Shown here piece after piece: positions 12,201 to 27,200 of a stretch of 64,000 bases of DNA. Origin of the DNA: Macrostomum lignano (lineage: Eukaryota); NCBI GenBank assembly GCA_002269645.1, contig NIVC01001372.1, positions 124,001 through 188,000 of the forward strand, given 5' to 3'. The notes under the pieces were generated by a model. The model had not been told where the DNA came from, did no database searches, and saw only the letters and a list, made by a program, of their open reading frames with translations. How positions within the stretch are numbered: the stretch's first letter is position 1; the number at the start of each line of letters is the position of its first letter. Made by a program: the position numbers and the translations under genes.

Positions 12201-15200
12201 GGAGCGCCTGTTGAACAGCAGCCCCAACAACAGCCGCAGGGTATGCCGATGGGAGCGCCTGTTGAACAGCAGCCCCAACAACAGCCGCAGGGTATGCCGA
12301 TGGGAGCGCCTGTTGAACAGCAGCCCCAACAACAGCCGCAGGGTATGCCGATGGGAGCGCCTGTTGAACAGCAGCCCCAACAACAGCCGCAGGGTATGCC
12401 GATGGGAGCGCCTGTTGAACAGCAGCCCCAACAACAGCCGCAGGGTATGCCGATGGGAGCGCCTGTTGAACAGCAGCCCCAACAACAGCCGCAAAGTATG
12501 CCGATGGGAGCGCCTGTTGAACAGCAGCCCCAACAACAGCCGCAGGGTATGCCGATGGGAGCGCCCGTTGAACAGCAGCCCCAACAACAGCCGCAGGGTA
12601 TGCCGATGGGAGCGCCTGTTGAACAGCAGCCCCAGCAGCAGCCGCAGGGTATGCCGATGGGAGCACCTGCTGAACAGCAGCCACAGCAGCAGCGAAATCA
12701 GTCACATATGCCAATGAGTTTCTCAATGGACGACTCATCATCAAACGATGCAGCGGAATCTACAGAGTATTTAAAAGACTCTGACGTGTACTATGACGCT
12801 GTCGACGGGAAAACTGTTGAAGGCACAAACCAAAAGAAGCCCAGCAAGAAAATGAGACGCTCCAAACCTTCAGCTAAAAGCAGTATGCTCGACAAGAAGC
12901 GAGATGGCCAACTTTCCGATGAACAATCCAGTCATCCAATTTTTGATGCGCCTGCTCGTAATGATACTCACTCTGAGCACACCTTAACAAGGCCTATTGT
13001 CAGCAATTCACTAAACGATGAACTTTCGACTGATTCCACAGCGTCTTGGACGTCACTCGATAAGTCAAAACTTGAAAAATCAGCTGCGTCGGTTACTGAA
13101 GACGACGCTCAAGAGAAAATCAAGCCAACTAAAGAGAACCTGGGTTCTCGAGTTAATCAGGAGAAATCCGATTTAATTGACAATCGAACTGTCGCTCAAC
13201 CCAGCTCTGCTCCAAAGCCTGACCGAGACAGTTTCGACGGCCTGCCAAATGCAACTAGTCTGCAGTCAGGTGAAGAGCCACATCAGGATAGGGACGGACC
13301 TGAAGAACAGCATCAGCTCCCTATGAGAATGAGGATTCCCATGTCCTTGTCAAATACTGCTGACGGAACCTATCCAGATTTTGCAGACAACTCTGGTAAA
13401 GATCTAGAGTCTGTAATGACGAAAAAAGAATCCTCTTTAATGAGTGCTGCTCCAGAGACCTACGAAGGTAAATACAGGTTAGAACCAACAGATGGCATCG
13501 ATTCTCGGACAGGTACGGCGCTTGATAAAGACGTAAGATCTAAAGAACATGTTGGTGAAGAACAAAAACCTCGTAGTCAACGGCTTCGAAAGCCAGAAAG
13601 CCCTCTTCAAATTTCAGGAGTTACTGATCAGATTCGTCTCGATAGCTTAAGTGGGTCAGAGAAACAGTCAACTTCCGAGTCGATTAAAACTGAGAGTAGT
13701 AAAAAGCCACGGAAAAAAAGCGGAAGAAGAAGAAAAAAGAACAAAAAGTCTAAGTCAACTCGCCAGTCGACATCCGATGGAAGTCAAGATTGGCATTCTG
13801 GAAGTACTGATGATGACAGTGGATCCAAAGATGTAAAATATGGTAAAGAAAGAAAAGAAGCATCGTTTGAGCAATCAAGTCAAGCAAAATCCAGTGGCTC
13901 CGACAAAAGCGACGAGGCCTCTGTGAAGAAGCCATCTGCAAAGCGATCAACAAAAAGGGACAATAGACAGAAAGCTTCTGCTAAAGCTAGTAAATCTAGT
14001 TCTGATGAAGTCCACAGTGACTTGGATTCGGAAAAAGCAAAAATAAAGTCAGGCTATGATGGTAAATTTTCAAAAGCGCCACATGCCGAAGCAAAGGCAG
14101 ATGCAATCGAAGCAACTCAAGCCCCGAGCCATGGTTCGGTTGATTTTGATTCTCAACATGGTATTCAAAGTTTAGAACCGGCCCAGACTCAATCGGATTC
14201 TCGCAAATACACCATGAGAGAATTGCCCGTTCAGAGTGATAACGATGACAAAGATCCAAAAAAATTACCAGGTGTAAGCGGCAGCTCTATGGCAAATCAG
14301 TTTACTGATGAAAGTCAATCCAAAGATACGATGTCAAGTCCAAACAGCAGTGAAGGTCATATCGACTCGGACTCACCCAAAAAGTTAAGAAAAATCGTCT
14401 CTGACAAGTCGATTTCCCATTCTTCTGCCGTCGATATCGTCGAAGCTAAGGATCCTGCCGAGGAACCTAGAAGCCAACTGTTCAATAATAGTCAACCTGA
14501 TTTACCCAGGCTGTCTGTTGAGCGTCCAGTCGATCCTGCGAAACATGAACAGCCCTTTGATCTTCGCGACACCAACTCTAAGGAAGATCCGTCTGGAGAA
14601 AGGTTTTTTGAAGAACATCAACAACAGGCTGATAGTAGTGAGCCAAAAAGCCACCCTCCTATGAGTGGGCAGCTAGATCAGAACGAATGCGATAAATCGG
14701 CTTCATCAAAGCAAGGAGCTGGCCCTTCCGACTTCGACTCTGGCGGACCAAACAAGCAAGATCCGCAAAGTCGATTGGCAGAAAACAACCCTAGAGCAGC
14801 AAATGAGAATAGACGTTATCCCTCTGTGGACAAGTCCGAAAGTCTATCGAGTTCTTCGGAAGGGAATTCTGAGACATCGCAGCCAGATGAGCTACGTGAT
14901 AATTTCGGAACCCAACAATCTGACAGACGCCAGTCTCAAACATCGGAAAACGAGCCTGGTGACAACTCTTATGACAATCAGCAACCTCATTCAACGAAAG
15001 GCACGTTAAAAGACCCGCATCCAAACAGTCCATCGTACACAAAACCAGACGGCAATTCAGTAGATCAAATTGGCGAAAGGTCTGCAATGAGATCGTCCGA
15101 AAACCATCCAGTGGATCCTTTAGACGAAAAGTCTGGAAAAGGACTGTCAGACAGCCATTCAGTCCATTCAAAATACGAGAACGCTGGAATGAAACCATCT

Positions 15201-18200
15201 GACAGCCAAGAAGAGGACTCAACTGACGGAATTTCAAATGCAAGATCCATTAAGACCCATCATCCAGTGGTTCCAACAGATAATAGGTCTGAAATTAGGC
15301 CTCCCGACCGGGACATAGCGGATTCAACAGAAGGGAAATCAGATATGGGACCGTCCGACAAACGTCTAACAGATTTAACTGACAAAAAGTCAGATATGAG
15401 ATTGTCCGACAGAGATCCAGAAGAATCGACGGACGAAAGGTCCGGACCGAGACCCTCGATCGGTCATTTAGCGAAGCAAACAGAGAAACCGTCTGGAATT
15501 CAAAAGTCAGACAATCACCCAGGGGATTTAACGGACGAAAAGTTAGACATAAGACCGTCCGACAGACATCCAGCAGATTCAGCAGGCGAGGAGTCTCGAG
15601 AGGGACCCTCCGACGGAAATCTAGCTAATCAAGCTGACAAAAAATCTGATCGCCATCCAGTAGATCCAACAGACAAAAGGTCAGATGTACGACAGTCTGA
15701 CACCTATCCAGTAGGTTCAATCGACGAAAGGGCTCGATTGGAACCATCCGGCAGCCTTCTGACTGATCCAACTTACGAGAGGTCTAAAATGGGGCTCACA
15801 GACACTCATCCAATGGAGTTAACTATCGAGAAGTCAGATATGAGACCATCTGACAGCCAATCAGTATATCAAAGAAACGAAAGGTCTCGAATCGGACTGA
15901 CCGACACCGACCCAGTGGATTCAACTGACGAAAACTCAGACATGGGACTTTCCGACAGACAGCCAACGGTTCCAATAGAGTCAAGAGTGCAACAGCCAGA
16001 CCGCAACTCACACGACTCATCAGTCGAAAGGTCAGATATGAAACAGTTTGACAGCCATCCAATCGATTCAACCGCTGAAAGATTTGGATTGAGACTCTCT
16101 GACAATCGTCCAGAGGATGCAACGGACAAGAAATCTGAAATGAAACAATTCGACAGACGTTCAGCAGATTTAACCGAAGAAAAGTCTGAACTGAGACCCT
16201 CTTTAACGCATCCAGTGGATCAGATAGACGAAAAGTATGGGATCACACCGTCCGATAATCAATTAGCGAATCAAACTGACGGGAAGTCTGGAATGCAACA
16301 GTCAGACCGACATTCAAAGGATTCAGTGGACGAAACGTCGGATATGAGACGATTCGACAGCCATGTAGCGCATCCTTCATACATAAGATCAGATACGCGA
16401 CCGTCTGACACCCATCCAGCGGATTCAACAGGCGAAAGGTCAGATCTGAGTCCGTCTGAGAGCCATTCAGGGAATCCCCCAGACAACGGCTTTGGAATGG
16501 GACCATCAAAAAGCCATCCAGCGGATTTAACAGACGAACAGGCAGACATAAAACCATCTGTCAGACATCCAGTAGATCGAACAGACGTAGGCTCAGATTT
16601 AAAACCGCTTGACAGTCGTTTAGTAGGTGCAAAAAATGATGCGTCCGATAATTCCAACAAATATTCAGCGAATTCCACAGACGGAAAGTCAGACATGGAG
16701 CCGTCCGACAGGTTTGCAGCGGGTTTAGCAGACGAAAAGTCTCAAATGAGCCCATCCTCCTACAGCCATCTAGTGGATCAACACAAAACAAATTTAGAAA
16801 CGCTTCCTTCACATGATCGTCAATTTGATGCAATAGAGAGCATGTCAGAAAGGCTTCCTTCGGATAATCTTCAGCCTGAAACTACTGAGGACAATCCAGT
16901 AATATTGCCTTCAGACATTTCTCAAACTGATCCGAGAATATCAACAATTCCGCCTCCAGAGAGCCGTCAGGCTAACGCAGCTCAGAAAAGATTGCAAACG
17001 CCTCCTCTAGACCGTTCTCATACTGATGTATCTGAATGCAGTTCTGGAATTTTGCCTTCAGACGGTTACAAGCCTGACGGAACGAACAGCATGTCGAGAA
17101 GAGCTCATTTGGATGGTCATCAATTTGACGCAATTGACGGCACCTCAGAAGTGCCTCCTTCATACGTTCAGCAGTCTGATGCAGCTGAGAGCACATTAGG
17201 TATACCTCCTTTAGACGGTCATCATCCTGCTACAACGAGGGAAAACTCAGAAATGCTTTATTTAGGCGGTAGTGAACTTGCTGCCACTGAGAGTGCGCCT
17301 TCCAACCATGCAATTTCTGACGATGAAGATCATCCTACTGCAACTGGTATTAAGTCGAGAACAAGTCCTTCGGGTGGCCGTGAACATGATGCAGCTGAGG
17401 AAAGCTCTGGAAAATTTTCTTCAGACGGCCATTCACCTAATTTAATTGAGACTAGGTCGGTGATGCCTTTAACTGACGGTCCTCAGCCTGAATCGAATGA
17501 AAACAGCTCAAAGATGCTGCTTTCAGACGGTTGCCAGAGAGAAGCAGCAGAGAGCATGTCAGGAACCCCTCTTTCAGATGGTCATCAGTCTGCTACAGTT
17601 GATAGCACCTCAGAAGTGTCTCCTGTACATGGTCGTCAACCAGATACAACAGGGAACACCTCTGAATTTCGCAAACCTCATAAAACTGAGAGCACATCAA
17701 GAATGCTACCTTTCGCAGGTTATCGGCCTGATGAAAGAAACAGCATTTCAAAAAAACCACCTTCAGATGATCTTCAGCCTGAAACGGCCAAGGACAGGTC
17801 TAAAAAAGAGCTTTCAGATAGTCATCAATCTGACCTAACAGAGGGCGACTCAAGAATTCTGCCTTCAGACGGTCGTCAACTTGATGCAACCGAAATTGGC
17901 TCAAGAACGCTGTGTTCAGGCCAGCCTGATACGGCAGAGAGAACCTTGGAAACGCTGTCTACAGACGACAATCGGCAGGATGCAACTGAGAGCAGGTCGC
18001 AAATGTCTTCTTCAGCCGGTCGTCTGCCGGAAGCTAGCAAATTCAACTCAGAAATGCCGCGCTCCGACGGTAATAAGCATCGTGCAGTAGAGAGCAAGTC
18101 AGAAATGCCGTGTTCAGGTGTTGGTCAGCCTATTAAAATTGACAGCACTTCAGAAGTGCCTCCTTTAGACGGTCATCAACCGGATGCAACTGAGAGCATG

Positions 18201-21200
18201 TCGGGAAAAACCCCTTTAGATGGTCATAATCCTGATACAACTGAGGACAACTCTGGAAAGTTTCCTTTAGGTATTCGACCTGATGCAACTGCAAGCCAGT
18301 TGGTAGTTCCTGAAATTACTGAAAGCATTTTTAAAGTAGTGCCTTCAGAAAATTCTCAACGAGATATCAACGTAATAGAAAGCGGCTCAGGACTGCTGCC
18401 TTTAGACGGTAATCAAACTCAGGCAACCGAGAGCAGCTTAGGAATGCCATCTTCAGATGGCAGACAGCCTGATGAATCTGAGAAAGGTTCAGTAATGCTT
18501 CCTTCAGACAATCGCCAGTCTGAAACTACCGAAAGGGCATCAAGAATGCTGCCTTCAGACGGTCGTCAGCCTAATTATGCAACCGAGAGTAGCTTAGGAA
18601 TGTCGTCTTCAGAAGGCAACCAGCCTGATGCAACCGACAGAACATCGCTGATGCCTCTTGTAGAAAATTATCAGCCTGAAGCTACCGAAAGAATCTCAAG
18701 AATGCTGCCTTCAGACGGTGGTAAACCGGATGTAACTGATGACGGAGCGGAATGGGTGCCTATAGACAATCGTAAATTATGTGACGCAACTGAGAGCAGA
18801 TCGGGAATGCTGCCTTCAGAAAGAAGTAAGCTTGATGCAACTGATAGCCTGTCTGGAGTGCCCCTAGCCGAACAAACTAACAAAAATCCGAAGCTTCAGT
18901 CATCTGACAGTGATCTGAACAGTCGAGAAGACGAGAGTTCTAAAAAGCGATCTTCCGAAAGTCATTCACGCGATCGAGTAGACAGCAAGGCTAGAGAGCT
19001 ACAGTCAAAAAGCCAATCACAGATTCTTGACCAAAATGAAAGCAGGCCCTCGGAAAGTGATTCGCGTGATTCTACGGACACAGATGCTCAAATGGATGCA
19101 CCAGATAGCTCTAAGCCAAGACCAACAAAAGTATTGCATAACAGACAAATCTCTGACAACCATCAACTAGGTTCAGCCGCAAGAGGGCCAAGGCTTTTGC
19201 CTTCACAGAGCCATCAGCCTGATGTATCAGAAATTCGTGATCATCAGTTTAATCCAACTGAAAGTACATCTTTGTCAAGAACCATTCCTTCTCAAAGTCC
19301 ATGTGATTCTAACGATGAGAAATATGGCAGCAATGCTTCAGAAAATTATCATCTTGAGTCAACCGAAGCCAAACCGAAAAGTCAAAACCTTGACAGTCAT
19401 TCAAGTGATTCTTCTGAGATGTCTGAAAGTGATATCTCCCACGGTCCTAAAGCTACTTCAGCAAAAGATATGCGTGGATCCCGTGTCTCTGGTGACTGTA
19501 AACCAGATCCAAAAAAAGATAAATCTGGAATGCTGTCTTCAGACGGACCTCAATCAGATCCAACAAAGTCGGGAAGCCCTGACCTTGACAATCGAAAATT
19601 TAAACCAGCTGAAGAACACACGGAAATTTCTTCTTCAAAGACTCCGAAGGATTTTAAAGATAAGAGCGCAAATAGCGATGCATCCGATGATCGAAATAGT
19701 GACTTAGTAGCATTGAAGTCAAGAAGGAGGTCTTTAGATAGTCAACCAAGTGATGTCACAAACAAGGAGCCTGAAAAAGTCGATGTATCAGACCATCGGA
19801 GACTTACTCCAAGTGAGGATCTATCTGACAGCCAGCCAGGAATGCTGCCATTAGACAAACATTCGAATGATTCTACAAATGACGGCCCTGATTTGCGTGA
19901 TTCTAGCAGTTATCAACAAGAACAGGCAATTGACGAACGCCGAAAGCGACCTTTGAAGTTCCGAGATTCACAAAATTCTGCGACTGAGGAGTCTGAAAGC
20001 GATGCCGCAGACGCTTATAAACTTGGCCCGACAGTAAGCAAGTCTAGAAACCAAAATTTAGGCAGTTACTCATCGGATTCTGATTCTTCGAAAAGGGTGC
20101 CTGGAAGCGATGCCTCAGACAGCAATGAAGTTATTTCGGCAAATGACAGGCCAAAAAGTCCAAAATCTGATAATAGTCAACTAAGAATTAAATTAGATAG
20201 ATCAGGGAGGCCACCCTCAGACCATTATTCGTACGAATCTTTGGATGAAAAGTCTAGGAGTGATGCCTCCGATAGTCGTCAACGGGGTCTAACAAAAGAC
20301 GATCCAGGAAGTAAGCCGTTGGAAGGTCACCGAAGTCTTGTAGTGAAAAGTCGTCAGCTAGATTCTTCTCCAGACAAACCCTCAGATACCGGTAATTCTA
20401 AAAAACTAAGCGCTGGCAGCCATGCGTCAGACAATGATCAAATAGGACTTAGGTCCGAAACGCACCCTTCAAGCCGTCACAAGCAGAGCAGCGAGTCCGA
20501 AATTCGACTATCTGAGAATCCAGAAACAGAAAGTAAGCACAGCGATAGGGAACACGGCAGTCACTTGACGGATAACGGAGAAGGCTCTGAAAGTCTACAA
20601 TCAGACAAGCAGCGCTTCAGCTCTTCAAAAGCTGAAGATCTCTTAAGGCTTACTCCAGAAAAAAAATCTATTCTAGACCAAGAGGGTTCTAGTTTGAAAG
20701 ACCAAACGACTGCGAAGAAAGAAAAACACCATAGTACAAGTCGAAGCGATGCGGTACGCGTCAGCTCAGTGAAAGGTGAACTAGCCAGTCTACAAGGCGA
20801 GAAAAGCAAAGATGCCACAGAGACATCAGACAAGGACACTGACTCTAATAAATCTGAAGCTCATGAAGGATCATCTGATTCGTCAGCTCGAAAAACCAAA
20901 AGAAAGCTGAAATCGGATCGAAATACTTCGAAAAAGAAACACGATGTAGAAAGGCCTGAACAAACAGGCCAAGGTTCAATAGATTCTGCAGAAAATTTGG
21001 ATCTGGTCAAGAAGCAAAGTGAGGACCAGAATATTGCCTATGATTCCTCAAGCGATGATATCAGTCAAAAGTCGACAACAGAAGCAGAACGTGACAACAA
21101 AGATGGTCGAGCTTCACGAAACAAGTCGAGAAGGAAACAAACCGACTCGCGGGCGGCACCACTAAAGCAGTTCGAAACGCAAGGCCATGAGAATACATCT

Positions 21201-24200
21201 CGAGATGTTTCAGAAATTGGTACGGATGAATCCGTTTCAGAAGGTTTAGTTCCTAAATCTGGAGAGGTAAGGCTGCCAAGTGCACTAGAAAGCAGTCCCG
21301 CGGCTGACGGTGCAATAAACAATCGACAAGTCAAAGGTGAATACTACGAAGATACAACGAAACCACAGGATGATAGTAAAGGCAACTCTTGCGAATCTAG
21401 TTATAAGTGGAATGAAGAGGCCACGAGATCAGGTTCTAAAGGAAGCAAAGCTTCTAGCTCGAAACGGAAAGAAGCTTCGTCACATAATCTATCTCTTGCT
21501 GAAGCGAGTAAAGACTCAAAAACCAGCAATCAACCCATACATGATACGGATAAATCAAAGCATCGGGAGCCCCATGATAATGACATAGTGCAGAAAGAAG
21601 GAGCCATCGTGTACGATGAGCAACCAATCAGCACTCAGTCAGTAAGCGGCAGTCACGCTGATCATTCAAACCATACCACCTCTGCCTCATTGGATGTTGA
21701 AAAGCGTAAAGCTGCAACCAGTGAGCGACGAGATGATACGCCCTGGCGCAGTGACGAAGGCGTTCCGCCAGGTGACAAGGATGTAGAGAAAAGTAGTGAC
21801 AAAAAGTATCAACAACGGGCAAGAGTCAATGGAGGAAGTAACGAAAGTACAGATGACGCGATTAAGGATTTTGATACAAACCATTCAGTTGAAACCCAAG
21901 ATGGTAAAACTCATTCGTCAGATGCTAATAGAGAAGACGTCAGCTCTGACAGAGGCCTTAAGTCGTCAGAAGACTTGCCAGAGAATAAAACTGATCCAAT
22001 GGACCACCAGTTTACGCAACAGTCTTTACGCAGTCATCCGGTTGATTCAACAGACGAAGATAAAAAACAGACTTCTGAAAACTCTAGAAGAATGGATCCA
22101 AAAGGCAAAGATACTAATATGTTACCTATCGACGCAAGCCGACATCCATTTGATCGAGCAGACAGTAACTCCAAACAGCAGCCTACCGATAGCGATTCAC
22201 CAGATTCAACCGACAACAGGCAAGGAAGCCAGGTCTCAGACATTAGTGAGCAGAGTCAGACAAGAGACAAAGATGACAGAGCAGAGATGAAAAGCCACTC
22301 CTCTGTCCTAGATGATTCTACAGAGGTATCGCCCAATCGTCGAAAAGATAGCTGTGATTTTACTGTTTTAGACGATTGCAACAAGCTTCTTACTGACAGG
22401 GATAAAAGATCAAACGTCGTTAAAAGCGATTATTCCTTATCAGACGAGTCTAAAGTTGATGAAGAATCTACAGAGAGTCGATCGAGTTACTCAAACTTGC
22501 AACCTAATGAAACAGCCGAAACCAAAGGAAATTCTAAAGAGCCGCTATCCAAAGCGAAATCAAAGCCTGGGACTGCAAATATAAGCGAAAGTGAAATAAG
22601 TGTTAATTCCTCGGCTTTAGAAGACCCAGAGAGTGACACTGAAATGCTGAGTCGACCACTAAATAAGCAGCAACCAAAAAAAGAACGGAAAGGACAGACA
22701 GGTGTGACAGAGAATGTGAATAAAATTTCACAGGATGGCCAACTGAAGTCTGTTGGCAGGGAAAACGCAAAGCCAGGTGGAGAGAATAGACCCGACGAAG
22801 TTGATGCCCAATCTTCGGCGGAGAAAGGCTCAATTGAAAAACAAGTACCTGATACTTCAATGAGGTCAGCAAAGGATGACCAAAATTCCCGAGCGCTTAT
22901 TCCACGACTAAACGACAGCAGTTGTTCCAGCATTGCTGAAGAAATTGAAGAGGAACAAAGAGATTCAACAAGCGAACATGTTGAATTATCACAAAGACGC
23001 GGCGAAGAATCGCAAAACAAAGAAACGAAGGAATCGGACTCTGGTGAAGAATCAAGCGGCAAGAAAGCTTCCTTGGATTATCATAATGAAAACTTGAAAC
23101 CTTTAAGAAATAAAGCTGCATTAGCTTCATCTAAGAATGGCCAGAGGGGCAGTCAAGGAAAACAGTCAATTGAGAGAACTAAAGTTCTTACTGAACGCCG
23201 CTCAGAAGGGTCTCCTAATTCGATTGCCGAAAATTTGGAACAACAAAAAAGTGAAACTGAAGACCCGTTTTTAGCCTCGAAATCACCAAAAAAGTTAAGA
23301 CCACGTGAAAATAAAGATTCGTACACCGATCAGATGCCTGCAGCTAATGAGCAAGCCGGTGAAAACGAAGACGCAGAATCAGACACGAAAAATCAGTTAA
23401 ACAGTGACGCTGATGACTCAGAGTCAGATAAGTCACCATCATCAGAGCCACTGACGAGAGACACTAAAAATTCGGCTTCAGAAAAGAGGTCACTTACACA
23501 ACATCCGGTACCTGACAATGATGACTCATCTTCTGAGCAGTTACCAGAAAACAAGCAGCAAATATGTGACTTTAAAAAAGCGTCTTTAGACAAGAAGCTA
23601 CCTGCTGAACAAACTAACGCTGATAAGTCCGTCTCACCGAATGACACCACAGACCAAGCTAAAGCAATGCTTCCTAGTCAGCTTGAGAGTGAATCGAGTA
23701 CCACCAGAGAAGAACGAAAAAATGCTCATCGCCAAGAGATTACAGATAATTCTGAATCGAACAGTGACTCCGAAGGTCGTGTCAGCCAGCCGGCAGATGA
23801 GTCCGTCTCGCCGAGTGACACCGCAGATCAAGCTGAAGCAATGCTTCCTCGTCAGCTTGAGGGTGAATCGAGTGCCACCAAAGATGAGCAGAAAGATGCT
23901 CGTCCTCCACAAAGTTCGGATAGTTCTGAATCTCCCAGTGACACCGAAGGTCGTGCCAGCAAGCCGGCAGATGAGTCCGTCTCACCAAGTGACAGCACAG
24001 ATCAAGCTGAAGCAATGCTTCCTCGTGAGCTTGAGGCTAAATCGATTGCCATCAGAGATGAACGAAAAGATGCATATCCCCGAAACCATTCGGATGATTC
24101 TGAATCTCCCAGTGACTCTAAACGTCGTGCCAGCAAACCGGCAGATGAGTCCGTCTCACAAAGTGACGCCAAAGACCAAGCTAAAGCCATGCTTCCTCGT

Positions 24201-27200
24201 CAGCTTGAGGATAAGTCCGTCTCGCCGAGTGACACCACAGATCAAGCTGAAGCAATGCTTCCTCGCCAGCTTGGGCGTGAATCGAGTGCCACCAGAGATG
24301 AGCAGAAAGATGCTCGTCCTCGACAAAGCTCGGATGATTCTAAATCTCCCAGTGACTCCGAAGGTCGTGCCAGCAAGCCGGCAGATGAGTCCGTCTCACC
24401 GAGTGACGCCAAAGACCAAGCTAAGACCATGCTTCCTCATCAGCTTGAGGACGAGTCCGTCTCGCCGAGTGAAACCACAGATCAAGCTGAAGCAATGCTT
24501 CCTCGCCAGCTTGAGGTTAAATCGAGTGCCACCAGATATGAACAGATAGATGCTCGTCCTCGACAAAGTTCGGATGATTCTGAATCTCCCAGTGATCCCG
24601 AAGGTCGTTACAGCAAGCCTGCAGATTTGACAATCTCACCGAGTGCCAGCACAGATCAAGCTGAAGCAATGCTTCCTCGTCAGCTTGAGGATGAGTCCGT
24701 CTCGCCGAGTGACACCACAGATCAAGCTGAAGCAATGCTTCCTCGCCAGTTTGGGCGTGAATCGAGTGCCACCAGATATGAACAGAAAGATGCTCGTCCT
24801 CGACAAAGTTCGGATGATTCTAAATCTCCCAGGGATCCCGAAGGTCGTATCAGCAAGCCTGCAGATGAGTCCGTCTCACCAAGTGACACCACAGATCAAT
24901 CTAAAGCCATGCTTCCTCGTCAGCTTGAGGATGAGTCCGTCTCGCCGAGTGACACCACAGATCAAGCTAAGGCCATGCTTCCTCGTCAGCTTGAATATGA
25001 ATCGAGTGCCACCCGAGATGAACAGAAAGATGCTTGTCCTCGACAAAGTTCGAATGATTCTGAATCTCCCAGTGACTCCGAAGGTCGTGCCAGCAAGTCG
25101 GCATATGAGTCCGTCTCATCGAGTGACGCCAAAGACCATGCTAAGGCCATGCTTCCTCGTCAGCTTAAGGATGAGTCCGTCTCGCCGAGTAACACCACAG
25201 ATCAAGCTGAAGCCATGATTCCTCATCAGCTTCAGGATGAGTCCTTCTCGCCGAGTGACACCACAGATCAAGCTGAAGCAATGCTTCCTCGTCAGCTTGA
25301 GGATAAGTCCGTCTCGCCGAGTGACACCACAGATCAAGCTGAAGCAATGCTTTCTCATGAGCTTAAGGGTGATTCGAGTGCCACCAGAGAAGAACGAAAA
25401 GATGCTCATCGCCGGGATATTTCGGATGATTCTAAATCTCCCAGTGATCCCGAAGGTCGTAACAGCAAGCCTGCAGATGAGTCCGTCTCACCAAGTGACA
25501 CCACAGATCAAGCTAAAGCCATGCTTCCTCGTCAGCTTGAGGATGAGTCCGTCTCGCCGAGTGACACCACAGATCAAGCTGAAGCCATGCTTCCTCGTCA
25601 GCTTGAGGGTGAATCGAGTGCCACCAGATATGAACAGAATGATGCTCGTCCTCGACAAAGTTCGGATGATTCTGAATCTCCCAGTGATCCCGAAGGTCGT
25701 TACAGCAAGCCTGCAGATTTGACAATCTCACCGAGTGCCAGCACAGATCAAGCTGAAGCCATGCTTCCTCGTCAGCTTGAGGATGAGTCCGTCTCGTCGA
25801 GTGACACCACAGATCAAGCTGAAGCCATGCTTCCTCGTCAGCTTGAGGATGAGTCCGTCTCGCCGAGTGACACCACAGATCAAGCTGAAGCAATGCTTTC
25901 TCGTCAGCTTGAGGATGAGTCCGTCTCGTCGAGTGACACCACAGATCAAGCTGAAGCCATGCTTCCTCGCCAGCTTGAGGGTGAATCGAGTGCCACCAGA
26001 TATGAACAGAAAGATGCTCGTCCTCGACAAAGTTCGGATGATTCTGAATCTCCCAGTGATCCCGAAGGCCGTTACAGCAAGCCTGCAGATTTGACAATCT
26101 CACCGAGGGCCAGCACAGATCAAGCTGAAGCAATGCTTCCTCGTCACTTTGAGGATGAGTCCGTCTCGTCGAGTGACACGACAGATCAAGCTGAGGCCAT
26201 GCTTCCTCATCAGCTTGAGGATAAGTCCGTCTCGCCGAGTGACACCACAGATCAAGCTGAAGCAATGCTTCCTCGTCAGCTTGAGGGTGAATCGAGTACC
26301 ACCAGATATGAACAGATAGATGTTCGTCCTCGACAAAGTTCGGATGATTCTGAATCTGCCAGTGATCCCGAAGGTCGTAACAGCAAGCCTGCAGATTTGA
26401 CAATCTCACCGAGGGCCAGCACAGATCAAGCTGAAGCAATGCTTCCTCGTCAGCTTGAGGATGAGTCCGTCTCGTCGAGTGACACGACAGATCAAGCTGA
26501 GGCCATGCTTCCTCATCAGCTTGAGGATAAGTCCGTCTCGCCGAGTGACACCACAGATCAAGCTGCAGCAATGCTTCCTCGTCAGCTTGATAGTGAATCG
26601 AGTGGCACCAGAGATGAACGAAAATATGCTCATCCTCGACAAAGTTCAGATGATTCTGAATCTCCCAGTGACTCTAAACGTCGTGCCAGAAAGCCGGCAG
26701 ATGAGTCCGTCTCACCGAGTGACACCACAGATCAAGCTGAAGCCATGCTTCCTCGCCAGCTTAGGCGTGAATCGAGTGCCACCAGATATGAACAGAAACA
26801 TGCTCGTCCTCGACAAAGTTCGGATGATTCTGAATCTCCCAGTGACTCCGAAGGTCGTGCCAGCAAGCCGGCAGATGAGTCCGTCTCACCAAGTGACGCC
26901 AAAGACCAAGCTAAAGCCATGCTTCCTCGTCAGCTTGAGGATAAGTCCGTCTCGCCGAGTGACACCACAGATCAAGCTGAAGCAATGCTTCCTCGTAAGC
27001 TTGAGGATGAGTCCGTCTCGCCGAGTGACACCACAGATCAAGCTGAAGCCATGCTTCCTCGTCAACTTGAAGGTGAATCCAGTGCCACCAGAGAGGAACA
27101 GAATGATGCTCATCGCCGGGACATTTTGGATGGTTCTAAATCTCCCAGTGATCCCGAAGGTCATATCAGCAAGCCTGCAGATGAGTCCGTCTCACCAAGT

